DNA of 34,656 nucleotides, taken from assembly GCF_000485595.1 (NCBI RefSeq), contig NW_014577072.1, positions 808,537 to 843,192 on the forward strand, written 5' to 3'. The notes beneath the pieces were generated by a model that saw only the letters and a list, made by a program, of their open reading frames with translations, searched no databases and had not been told where the DNA came from. The position numbers were made by a program, and so were the translations under genes. Of the stretch, positions 11,216-21,711 are shown in pieces; within the stretch, counting starts at the first letter, position 1, and each line of letters begins with the position of its first letter. The DNA is from Priapulus caudatus. Its lineage: Eukaryota.

Positions 11216-11870
11216 CTTTTGTGTTCATCAATCGAATATGCTCATGCATATGCATTAATATTGATCCGTTTTAAATCTCGAAATGATCGCGTATGATAAA
11301 AACATGGATCATGTTTAGCATCCACAATGTCTGAACTATGACACAGGCACGTTGCTTTAATTAAATCAATGCAGTACTTGATTATGCTAGCGAATCAATG
11401 AAGTTTTAGGACAATAAAACTTCATATAGATCCCGCGTATAGATCATAGTGCACCATTTACCACACAATTTATACGTTGATATACAACTTATTATTAAAT
11501 GTGCATGGTTACTCACTATCTTCACATCTAAACAGCATATATTCATGAACAAGATAACCTGACTCGACCGTTTTGTTTATTTGTAAATGCGCAATATGCA
11601 TATATTAAATAACTACAGTTTGTGATGTTGGTTTGCGAAAGCTTCGTGTGTTGTTGGTACGATAGACGTATGATGCTTGAGCGCAGGACTGACAGTATTA
11701 CGTATTACGCACGGCTTATATTGATCCTCTTTCAGTATGTAATCGTAAAGCAGCAACGGGAAGCGTAGTCTTCTCCTTGACGCGTCCGTATAGCTACAGA
11801 TGTATAGCGTCTTTGACGCGTCTGCCGCAGTTTCACGCGGACACGTTGACGAAGCGTGGTGTCATGCATC

Positions 11871-11894
11871 TTACAAGCGAGAGCCGTTTTCGTG
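11871..11894 (-). CDS. GPR158-like GPCR, candidate terminal coding exon (HENGSRL*)
   Basis: Acceptor GTTATTTACAG|CAC, phase 0 compatible with the donor after 13021; alternatively the CDS stops at 13012. Confidence 0.4.
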   Translation of the reverse strand, partial: HENGSRL

Positions 11895-12289
11895 CTGTAA
11901 ATAACACATGTTGTATTAATCTATCCCGTTTGAACTTGTGTGTAGGTGAGCGTGTTCGTGCACGTGTGCGTGTGTGTGCGTGCATATACGTGCGTGTGCA
12001 TGTGTGTGTACTTCTTATATGGTCTCTCTCCCTATCTCTCTCGCTATATATATATATCAAGAGCTAATAATTCCTCTTTAATAGCTCTTGATATTATTAG
12101 CTCTTGGTATGGATTGGTGCTACACATGGTTAAGTTTATAAAAATGTCATATAATAAAACAGTTATTGACCTATTTTCAGGTGAATACGAGGATTTATTA
12201 ANNNNNNNNNNNNNNNNNNNNNNNNNNNNNNNNNNNNNNNNNNNNNNNNNNNNNNNNNNNNNNNNNNNNNNNNNNNNNNNNNNNNNNNN

Positions 12290-12700
12290 CGTTCACCTGC
12301 GTGCATGCGTGCGTGCGTACGTGCCCGCGTGCGTGTGCACGTTCACCTGCGTGCATGCGTGCGTGCGTACGTGCCTGCGTGCGTGTGCACGTTCACCTGC
12401 GTGCATGCGTGCGTGCGTACGTGCCTGCGTGCGTGTGCACGTTCACCTGCGTACATGCGTGCGTGCGTGTGCAGGTACACGTTCGTGCGTGCGTGCGTGC
12501 GTGTGTGCGTGTGCGGGTACACGTGTGTGCATGTGTGCGTGCGTGCGTGCGTGCGTGCGTGTGTGTGCAGGTACACGTGCGTGCGTGCGTGCATGCATGT
12601 GCACGTAGACGTGCGTGCGTGCGTGTGCACGTACACGTGCGTGCATGAGTGTGTGCGTGCGTGCGTGTGCACGTACACATGCGTGCGTGCGTGCGTGCAT
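12290..12700. repeat. (GTGC)n-rich compound repeat with ~40-bp units
   Basis: CACGTTCACCTGCGTGCATGCGTGCGTGCGTACGTGCC repeated, then degenerate GTGC/GT. Confidence 0.95.
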
Positions 12701-12806
12701 CGCTATTACATGACATGACATACTAAACATGAAACATCGCTATTACGTCAGTATCATTGAACAACTGATTGGCTGATGAATTGTACAATCGGGCGATTTT
12801 ATCGCC

Positions 12807-12992
12807 GGCCCCGGACACACTAGGCGATTAAATCGGGCGACAAAATCGGGCGACAAAATCGCCCGATAATATCAAAACGTTTTGATCTATGCGATGAGAT
12901 CGGGCGACTAAATCGGCGGCGATTGAGTGGACACACTAGGCGATTTCACGGCGATTTTGTCGCCCGATTTAATCGCCTAGTGTGTCCGACCC
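12807..12992. mobile_element. Palindromic Harbinger-like MITE or element end
   Basis: GGACACACTAGGCGATTAAATCGGGCGACAAAATC (12813-12847) inverted at ~12953-12987; ends ...GACCC|TTA. Confidence 0.65.
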
Positions 12993-13020
12993 TTAAAGAA
13001 CTGCGGGCACTTCAAATTAC

Positions 13021-13134
13021 CATCGTCCTGTTGGTCTCGCCATGTACTGGGCGCCCCGAAGTTACTGTAACAGGTTGCTCATCACCGTGTTTCCACTCGT
13101 TGGATTCTTCTGGCGCGTGCTGCAGTAGATAGAA
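13021..13134 (-). CDS. GPR158-like GPCR exon 11 (cytoplasmic tail)
   Basis: TTTCCGTTGCAG|FYLLQHAPEESNEWKHGDEQPVTVTSGRPVHGETNRTM|GTAATT; phase 0 after ...VFGYK. Confidence 0.7.
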
Positions 13135-13346
13135 CTGCAACGGAAACAAACAATTGAGAATTTATCTGCGTAACCGCTACCAATGTATGTGAAAATATGT
13201 ATATAACGTATGTGCCAACATGTAGGTAGGAATGTATGTACCAATGTAGTTAGTATTTTATATGCGTCGCGCTAGGACGGTCGTCGCTAGAGATTCGTGC
13301 GTTTAAGGCAGGAACTTAATTGTGAATTGGTCGCCATCGACTATAC

Positions 13347-13452
13347 CTTGTATCCAAATACGCATATCAGCATCAGCGTGGCAGCCACCATCACCTTCGC
13401 GAATATGATCACGTAGTTGGCATGGACGTACCACTGCCCCCTGTTTAGAGCG
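13347..13452 (-). CDS. GPR158-like GPCR exon 10 (TM7); 5' boundary uncertain
   Basis: GTSMPNYVIIFAKVMVAATLMLICVFGYK|GTATAG; the best acceptor gives a 1-nt phase conflict (see findings). Confidence 0.75.
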
Positions 13453-13668
13453 CTGCGAAACGACAAAATGGTTTATCATGAAACCCCATACATTCTAGTA
13501 CGCGCGCGTGCGCGAACGCCGGCACCCATGGCTACACACACACACGCGCGCGCACGCACACGCATATATAATCGAACCTATACAACATAACGCCATCCTC
13601 TCGTAATTATTTATTTAAGCTTGCTTCTTCGAGCTTGAAGTAAATAGTCTGCGTGTTACAATACTTAC

Positions 13669-13810
13669 CCAATTATAAAGATACAGAGCAGGATGATAGG
13701 GAAGATAATGAGAAGTCTGGAAATAAATCTCGGCTCCAAGTAAGTGACACGTTTCGCGACCGTATGGAGCGATATGGCGACGCCGGCGAAGAACACCAGT
13801 AGATATTCAA
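13669..13810 (-). CDS. GPR158-like GPCR exon 9 (TM5-TM6)
   Basis: CTCCGCAG|(V)EYLLVFFAGVAISLHTVAKRVTYLEPRFISRLLIIFPIILLCIFII(G)|GTAAGT; EPRF corresponds to the GPR158 ICL3 EPRY motif. Confidence 0.85.
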
Positions 13811-14000
13811 CTGCGGAGACACAAGATTAAATTCTATTGACAAAACTTCCACGCATTGCATATGTTTACGTGCAAGCGCCATGGTTAATATCACACTATA
13901 TGTTCGATTCTACTAATCGGGAACACTTGGAAAGAAACCAATTTCACCTTAGTGAAAATTCCCAATCATCGGAGTTGAGATTAAAAAGACAAAATAATGT

Positions 14001-14055
14001 CAAGAGCGTATTAAGAAGGAATTACGCTCTTGATTACTTTCTTTATACGCTCTTG
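14001..14055. mobile_element. Micro-element copy 3 (55 bp, opposite orientation, extra internal TIR piece)
   Basis: CAAGAGCGTATTAAGAAG...TTCTTTATACGCTCTTG flanked by ATAATGT / ACAATGT. Confidence 0.75.
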
Positions 14056-14525
14056 ACAATGTTCATATGCTGCTTGTATTGCTGACACGGTACAACTTAA
14101 ATAAGCATAAACCTAGCCCATGCTTACTGGACCGCTTTAGCCAGAGCAGCCTAAAACTATCGCGAGTCGGGTTCAAATAGTCGATACGATCGAAAGTGCC
14201 GATCTATTGTATTACGGACGAATGCGGTTCATTCTGTATAGTACAATATAACGCAACCGCATATCGCCGCAACCGCATCGATAGATAATAGGTTTATTGC
14301 AAAAATAGTAATTACAACGTTACAATTAAAATATGTTATGCAAACACGATATCATCAGGCAGTATAAAACTGAAATTGATGATATTTACAATAATATATG
14401 TCCCATGGTAAGACATAAATATCACTTAAAACATTGGTTCATAAAATGACATCACTACAACTAAAATCATCTTTAAGAATATATACAATAAAATACTATC
14501 GATAACGTATAGTAAGTCGTCATAC

Positions 14526-14740
14526 CGATGGTGACCGTCCAGGCCCACCAGCTGTGGTCACACATGAGGTACTTGTGGTCGGCACTCTGTACGAACACTT
14601 GAGGAAGAATCGGAGCTCTAGCGGTGCAGATAGCCATGAAGATGGTGAAGACGATCACCGCGATAGCAATGACAAGATAATGCCACTTATCGTTCGCCCT
14701 TGCTTTCCCAATATAGCCGCTCCTGCACACCGTCACCTCT
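14526..14740 (-). CDS. GPR158-like GPCR exon 8 (ICL2, TM4, ECL2)
   Basis: CCACAG|..EVTVCRSGYIGKARANDKWHYLVIAIAVIVFTIFMAICT...MCDHSWWAWTVTI|GTATGA; ECL2 C-x-x-x-W-W; phases 2/1 fit the neighbours. Confidence 0.87.
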
Positions 14741-14960
14741 CTGTGGTAAGCGAATAGGTTGGGTGTTAAAACATTAAGCGGCTATGTGTGAAAATGTCAT
14801 TTATGTAGACTTGTGGGGACGTTTATGGTGGCCGAGGGCTGCCACTACAATTTTACCTCTAAAATAAATATAAGCAAATAAAAAAATATAAATATAAATA
14901 TAAATAAAAATCTTTTTCAAACTCACTAGTAAAGTGTCATCTGCTTATGAATAACGTTAC

Positions 14961-15070
14961 CTGTATGCCTTCACGATGAGCGCGGTGTAGGCGAGCACAA
15001 ATCCTTCCGTGTACATCCAGATGGAAGCATGACATAGTTTTTTTGTTGGCTCATAGCTAGCAAGAATAAC
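14961..15070 (-). CDS. GPR158-like GPCR exon 7 (TM3)
   Basis: VILASYEPTKKLCHASIWMYTEGFVLAYTALIVKAYR: class C TM3 pattern C...W...GF...Y..L..K..R; AG/GT boundaries. Confidence 0.9.
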
Positions 15071-15291
15071 CTATAACGGTGACAACAACGTGCGCTATAT
15101 ATATATGCATATATATATATAGTTTCGTGGCAACATTTTTACGCTAGCTGTACTCCATGCCTTTTTTGTTAGTAAAAGCATGCTTATAAATCAGATATCT
15201 GCACAACGTGTAAATTGTGCGTTTTATCTCTTGTATTATCTGCAGTACGAGTTCTTATATACATTTAAGTCATGTATGTGTATATTGTTAC

Positions 15292-15360
15292 CTCTGCCAG
15301 CATCATGCATGCTCCAATGATAATCAGGCTCAAAATGATGACATTAGAAATCTTTATGAC
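15292..15360 (-). CDS. GPR158-like GPCR exon 6 (ICL1, TM2)
   Basis: TTACAG|VIKISNVIILSLIIIGACMMLAE|GTAACA; class C VIK-x-S motif. Confidence 0.88.
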
Positions 15361-15417
15361 CTGTAACGATCGACACCACTTTTCAAACAATATATTCAAT
15401 GACATTACACATTGTAT

Positions 15418-15454
15418 CAAGAGCGTATAAAGAAGGCTTCTTAATACGCTCTTG
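15418..15454. mobile_element. 37-bp palindromic micro-element, copy 2
   Basis: CAAGAGCGTATAAAGAAGGCTTCTTAATACGCTCTTG with 7-bp direct repeat ATTGTAT on both sides. Confidence 0.8.
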
Positions 15455-15893
15455 ATTGTATTCATTAAGATGAAATTATCGGTTAATGTCAACCGACGCA
15501 GGGAAATTGTTTATATGATGAATTATATACCCTGCACCAGTAACAGTTATATTGCGTGATAAACCAGCCGTTGCTCATAACCGAAAATTACCACAGCCGC
15601 GTGAATGACATGCAAATATCAAAACTTCAACCACCTGACGCCCCCCCTTTAATTTCAAAGGGCCCTAAAATAATTATTCCAATTTTTTAGGGCTAGTTTT
15701 TCTGATAAATATTTACTTATATATATAAATTTGTTATAAAAACCTAGAAATTGTAAAAAAAAATTCTTGGGGGAGGTCTTCGACAGCTTTGTTAAAACAC
15801 CAGAAAATTTAAACAGGAAAAAGTGCCCTTTATTTCTTCCTGGACACCCCCTTTTCAAAAATCCTGGATCCGCCCCTGAGTCCACTCACGTAC

Positions 15894-16083
15894 CACATTA
15901 TTTCGCTTCATCCAGATCATGATGAGGAAGATGAGAGCGAGAAGCCAGCAGATGCCGACGATAATGCAGAAAGCGAGCATCAGCTTCCTACTGATCCAGG
16001 AAAGGCACGGCGTGTCATCCACGCATTCATCGCAATGTGGCTGGCATTTGAGGCATGTCAACGAGTCATAGGTGTTATCCAAT
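15894..16083 (-). CDS. GPR158-like GPCR exon 5 (Cys-rich linker, TM1)
   Basis: LTCLKCQPHCDECVDDTPCL then hydrophobic LMLAFCIIVGICWLLALIFLIMIW; typical CxxCxxxCxxCxDxxPC motif. Confidence 0.92.
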
Positions 16084-16350
16084 CTGTGCACGAACAAATT
16101 AAACCAATCACAAGTTGCAGTAATGAAACGTGCGCCCCCGTATGGTTATTATAGTAATTATAATACTACTACTACTAATAATAATAATTATAATACCATT
16201 ATTGTTATTAATACTATTATTATATAGTAGTGAAATACACGTCATATGAAGAAGACGAAATGCTTTCGAACCAATCGTGTTCTACGCATCCGGAATCAAT
16301 CCGCGCGCATAGCTGTTCGATCGATCACCTATATTCCTCATGTTACATAC

Positions 16351-16520
16351 TTGCGTTTGCTCTTGGCGAATTCCTTCTCTATCTGGTAGCCATCGAAAGC
16401 TTTAAACGGCGTTTCGACGTTAGTCTCTGGGTCAATCTCAACCAAATTGGAATAAAATCCTTTGCGGCAGCTACACCGGTATCCACCGCTACGGAATCCA
16501 CGCCCAGCGACAGGCTCGCA
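16351..16520 (-). CDS. GPR158-like GPCR exon 4 (EGF-like Cys-rich region)
   Basis: CEPVAGRGFRSGGYRCSCRKGFY matches the family motif C-x-P-x-x-G-x-GF-x-x-G-x-Y-x-C-x-C-x-x-GFY; CAG acceptor, AA|GTATGT donor. Confidence 0.92.
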
Positions 16521-16753
16521 CTGCGACAATTCGAAAAAGAAAAGAATAATCATACCCATGTTGAGCATTTATTTTTAGGAGTATACCACTGATCTTGTTT
16601 CGACATAACTGAGCAAGTTTGCGATTGGCACTAATAGATTTCAACATTTTCGATTTGGTATCGACTTATAGCAAATTAAGTTTCTACGTGTTGGTATACA
16701 CTTATGTAGGTTCTCGATCATGTAAGATCAGAAAGCAGCACGTGACTAAGTAC

Positions 16754-16880
16754 CTTCGTTGAAAGACTATGACAGCGGTGAGTTCCTATAAATGGATCGT
16801 CTCTGTGCTTCAAGGCGTGCGGGGCAGGGCACTGGTTTATATCCACGTGATTCAGATTAACGTCAATCGTGGCCACGCCC
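16754..16880 (-). CDS. GPR158-like GPCR exon 3
   Basis: GVATIDVNLNHVDINQC...FIGTHRC: conserved DINQC and GTH-x-C motifs; AG/GT boundaries. Confidence 0.92.
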
Positions 16881-17141
16881 CTATTGAAGACACACCATAT
16901 TATTAGTACCAAAGCACATAATAACTTTGAGGTTTTTACATTCTATTTAATGTCTAATCTCGTTAATTCTGTTTTAGTAATATATTTGAGAAACATGATC
17001 ATGATGCAATATGGTTACAAAGTAGAGATAATATTTAGTAAGTATAATAATTCGTGCCCAAATAGTATTTGCAGTTGTTCTTAAACATGTTTTGTTCTCT
17101 CTGTCTCTTCCGCGCGCTCTCTTTCCCCTCTTGTTTTTTAT

Positions 17142-17142
<1 letters not shown>

Positions 17143-17181
<39 letters not shown>

Positions 17182-17246
17182 GTGTCTTCTCTTTCCATCT
17201 TTCTATCTTTCGGCGTGCGTGCGTATGCGGGCGTGCGTGTATGTAC

Positions 17247-17285
<39 letters not shown>

Positions 17286-17764
17286 GTGTGTTGTGTGTAG
17301 TGTGTGTGTGTGTGCGTGCGTGCGATGCATGTGTGTGTGTCGTTGTGTGTGTGTGTGTTGTGTTTGTGTGTGTGTGGGTGTGGTGTGTGTGTGTGTGGTG
17401 TGTGTGTGTGTGTGTCGCGCGCGTGTGTGTGTGTGTGTGTGTGATGTGTGTGGTGTGCGTGCATGTATGTGTGTGTGTATGTGTGTGTGTGTGTGTGTGT
17501 TGTGTGTGGTGTGGTGTGTGTGTGTGTGTGTGTGTTGTGTGCGTGGCGTGGTGTGTGTGTCGTGTGTGTGGCGTGGTGTGTGTGTGTGTGTGTGTGGGCG
17601 TGCGTGTAAGTGCATGTGTGCGCGGCGTGTGTGGCACAGCATTGGGCATGAAAGGTGAAGCAGATTGCATTGCAATGCAAGATTATAACAGCTTGATAGC
17701 ATGTTTACTGTCTTTATAACAAACCCCTCCCAATTTCGCACGATATTCTTCTTGTTCATACTCA

Positions 17765-17812
<48 letters not shown>

Positions 17813-17832
17813 GATATTATATATATATATTA
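17143..17832. repeat. (CT)n, long degenerate (GT)n and (TA)n microsatellites
   Basis: Direct reading; source of the spurious HT/CV ORFs. Confidence 0.95.
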
Positions 17833-17892
17833 AAGTAATGGTAATAGTAATTTGTAGTAATATTTAAACGCCTCTTAGTTACCACCCCCTAC

Positions 17893-18096
17893 CAAGCAGC
17901 GAACACTCTCCTCTCCCGTCCGATCGGCCACTTGTAGAACGGAATTGAGTAGGTGATCATCCAATGTTGCCAGTCCGCAGTCGAAGTAGGGTCTGACCAG
18001 GCTCCCATCCTCGTACGATAGGGTGCACACGCTGTCCACGTCTCTCCCGCCCTCGCCTTCTCGTATACGCCGTGTTCAGCTGCTTGTTCTTTGAAT
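17893..18096 (-). CDS. GPR158-like GPCR exon 2 (Cache domain), frameshifted in this sequence
   Basis: Acceptor TTTTTTCGGTGCAG; conserved YEDG..PYFDCG and WMITYSIPFYKW lie in different frames; donor position approximate. Confidence 0.8.
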
Positions 18097-18357
18097 CTGC
18101 ACCGAAAAAATTCTGATTGAGCAAAGTGTCGACGTTGGAAACTTACCGGGTGATTGGTATAGGTGCGTTTATACGAGTATATATAGGTATATATACGTGC
18201 GTCTATACTAGGTATAGGTGCCTACTATACTCGTCTGGTATAGGTGCGAGATTGTGGAGAATGCTCGGAGATAATTGGAAACATGTGAAAAGGACGTAAT
18301 ATATTGTTTATTTATGTTATGTGTTATTACCACATGTTTCTGCTTGCATCTATGACA

Positions 18358-19545
18358 AATACGACATACGCATATACGCTCTCTACTATCACTATTTGTC
18401 TTATGGCCCTGTCACACATTGACGATTTAGCCAGCGTGTGCGGACGTATCAAAAATTTGGTGAATACGCTGGCGGTACTCGAATAAGTCATGGGTAAGCT
18501 TGTATAAGTTAAGAGCACGCTGAAGCACGCTGAAGCACGCTGAAACACGCTGGTATACAACGTCGTAGTACGGCGAGGTTGTCTAAAAATTTTGAGCATG
18601 CTCAAAATTTTCCGACGTATGCCAGCGTATGCCCATACGTCCGACATACGCGGGCCCATAAGTTGTAGGTAAGTTATGCGATCGTTGACACACCGTTTCA
18701 CACGCGTTAGCTTGTAAGTTACTCATAAGTCGAAATACGTCGAGATAAATGTCTAGCGGTACCCAAAACTTATTTCTAACTTATGAGTAACGTGCTTTGA
18801 ACCTATGTGTCCTTATCTCCAACGCATATTGACGTATGTAGACGTATTTGACGTGTTTCGGACGACCACAGAAACTTACTGAACGTGTTTCTAACTTACA
18901 GCTACCGTTATAATGGCGTATTGGCAGCGTTAGGGGAATTGGGTATATAAAAATGTATGGCATGTTGATACTTGGCGACGGTGATGTTGATACTGTAATG
19001 TCTAGTGCGGTTATGATTTGAATGGTCGAGCGGCAGCCTTTTAAAGGCTACGCACACGTGATCGTCGGCGATACGCTGCCGCGCGCCTATGCATAAGTTA
19101 GACTATCGTTGGGCATAAGTTTGTGAAACGGCCGGCAACACGCTAAGCATTCGTTGGTATAAGTATTCGAAACGTTCTATATAACGTTACAGAATACGCT
19201 TAAGTATACGTCCAACTCGTTAGAATACGCTATGTATACGCCCAAAATTGAAAAAAAACATCGATAGTTCAGCGTATGCCAGCGTTTTAGAGAAATTTTG
19301 ATACGTTCGGCATACGCTGTCTAAATCGTCAATGTGTGACAAGGCGCATTAGGAAAGATTCTTCCTATGACAAATATTGTTGTATGTGCTGTGCGCATCA
19401 TAGGATTTAGGAGCGCTACTTATGAACGCAAGCAATGAATTTCAGCTGTAAAGCGGAACGAAGTTGACTCGCCAATATTTGTCATAGGAAGAATTTTCCT
19501 ATGACAATAGTGTCATAGGAGAGCGTATATATGCGTATGTTGTAT
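18358..19545. mobile_element. Outer foldback element split by the insertion above
   Basis: ATACGACATACGCATATACGCTCTC (18359-18383) inverted at ~19519-19545; TTCTTCCTATGACAAATATTG / CAATATTTGTCATAGGAAGAA continue the arms. Confidence 0.6.
18405..19347. mobile_element. ~940-bp Harbinger-like non-autonomous element nested in an older palindromic element
   Basis: ~50-bp imperfect TIR GGCCCTGTCACACATTGACGATTTAGCCAGCG... / ...CGCTGTCTAAATCGTCAATGTGTGACAAGGC. Confidence 0.75.
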
Positions 19546-21239
19546 GCTCATGCCCGAACGTCTTTGTTTATTCTTTATGCACTGTTGCATATAAATAAAA
19601 AGAAATAAACAAGCATGTTTTTATTTACTTCTGATTATGTATGTATGTATGTATATGATATATATATATATATATATATTATTATATATATATATATATA
19701 ATATATATATATTATGCATACATATATAGCAAATACAGCTAAAACAAGAATACCTATCTATCCACATAAAATTATACACATTATATGTATTTATCACAAC
19801 CTCAATCGTAACCCGAGATAAATATATATATATATATATATCATGTAAATATATAAAGGGAGCGCTATCCCCACTGCATTAATCATAGATAACCCCACAA
19901 ATTATAATTCCACGCGCGTCGCGCTTGGTCACGCTTTACTATACGTGAGTCTATCGAAACTGATCAACTTGTGCAATTTTTAACTGTGCTATTTATGTCC
20001 TAAATGCAATATGCCCGCTGCACAACCTTGTTGTTGCTCGAGGCATGCGTTCTAAAACCGAAGGTTGACTCGCCTGACGCTCTGAGCTGATAACAGCAGC
20101 AGCGTCGTTTCCAGTTCTCTTCACACATCGTCCTTGCCGCGAGCGCTTCATTCACCTCTCCGATCTTCCTTCTAGTCACGTCAAGCCATAAGTTAGAAAC
20201 GCCGCTCGCAGACCCACGCACGGAAAGGACAGCGTAATAAATCACGGTATATTGAGCCGTTGTGAATTCCCTTGCTGACAGATCTTATGTTATTAACGAC
20301 GAAGGGACCTTACGCACGTTCTTTACGATCCGCAATAGACTGTGTGTGTAGTATGTGAAGCATGCGGGCACACCCGCCGCCATTATACCTCGACGTCCCA
20401 CTATCTATCGTTGATCAGAGAAAGATTTCGCATTTTGATAATGCCATAATGAATCGATAGCTAACAAGAGAGTGAGGAAACTTGGCGTTATATAATACGT
20501 TTAGTGTGGCCGCTTGATTTCATTTTCCGAGCATTTTTGCAGGTGTTTGTTGCGCCATATAATTATATAAAATTATAATTATATAAACATTATCAGAATA
20601 TTACGATCATGATAATAATCATGAGCATGATCGTGTTTAGTCGGAGAGTAAATCATTAGCCCTCTGCTTCTCATCACAATGGGATATATGAATGTAGCGG
20701 AGAGGAGAAAGAAAGGTCTGGAAAATAATAGACTGAATACCGAATGAATTCTATGCCAGACTAATCCTAACGCTACGTAACTACGGACGATGCCACAGAT
20801 TAGAGAGGATGGAAAGCACCCGCGCTGGGCTGCTGGTGAAGCGCTCTGCATGGCGCATAAGAACTTCCTAATCACAGACCTTAACTCGGTTCGCGAAAAC
20901 TAAGTTCCAGCGTGCCTTTTGTAGTATGGTATGATACAAGAGCTACAAGAGCTGTCGCTTCGCACCCTCGCCTTATGCGAGATTACACGCTGTCATTCCG
21001 AATGGAGTATATATTACGAGAAGATGCCGTTGTTGTAATATAATGCATGTGAGTATAGAGAATGAAGCATACGATAGCATTCGTTGCACGTCACGTTAAA
21101 TCATCCCAATGATTCAAATGCCCGCACATGGTAGGTGACAATGACTATTCTATAGTAAGTCGCCTCTTATCTACACAAAACAAATGCCCGCACACAACAG
21201 GCGACTACGGCTATTCTATGGCAAGTCGCTTTCAATTAC

Positions 21240-21711
21240 CTTCGAGGACTTTGTAGAACCACTCAGAGTCTGACGTCGTGTAATCGTATCTGCGAGACAG
21301 GTCAATTGACGAGACTCCGGCGTTCCTGCGGAAGGCGTACGGTGCGAAAAGTCGCACACCATCTCGATATCCATCCTTGACGAAAGCAATCGCCGAGCCG
21401 TAGATCATCTGGCGCGATCGCACGTTGCTTGTCACGATAGCATAGAGCAGGTCGTCAAAGTCATCGTTCGTCTGCAGGTCGGGGTCCCACAACTGACCGA
21501 CGAGAGTGGCCGCCTGCACGGCGATGTTGGCTTCGAGCTTCCAGCGGTCGTTGTCGAGGTGCACGGGCAGCACCGTGCCCGTGCCGCGCACGCACGTTGT
21601 CGCGTTCGTCTGCGCGAGGAAGGCAAACGTTAGGTCGACGCTATCCGCAACCGCCGACGCCGACGCCGCCAGCAGGCCGAGTAGAAGCAATGCCGCTGCG
21701 AGAAACTTCAT
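21240..21711 (-). CDS. GPR158/GPR179-like class C GPCR exon 1 (signal peptide, N-terminal Cache domain)
   Basis: MKFLAAALLLLGLLAASASA signal peptide; LLYAIVTSNV...IYGSAIAF...LFAPYAFR...DY...EWF motifs of the GPR158 extracellular domain; phase-1 donor G|GTAATT. Confidence 0.92.

Noticed and set aside
11946..12730. CV/HT/AR-rich ORFs (also 16974-17765, 27865-28510, 29938-30483, 31872-32178, 34376-34651)
   Set aside because: Translations of GT/CA/GA/GTGC microsatellites.
15640..15878. CAGGGGCGGATCCAG-type element end in a GPCR intron
   Set aside because: Only one terminus is visible, with no matching TIR or TSD.
21116..21230. Diverged 65-bp direct repeat beside the GPCR exon 1 donor
   Set aside because: Only two degenerate copies; no evidence of function.
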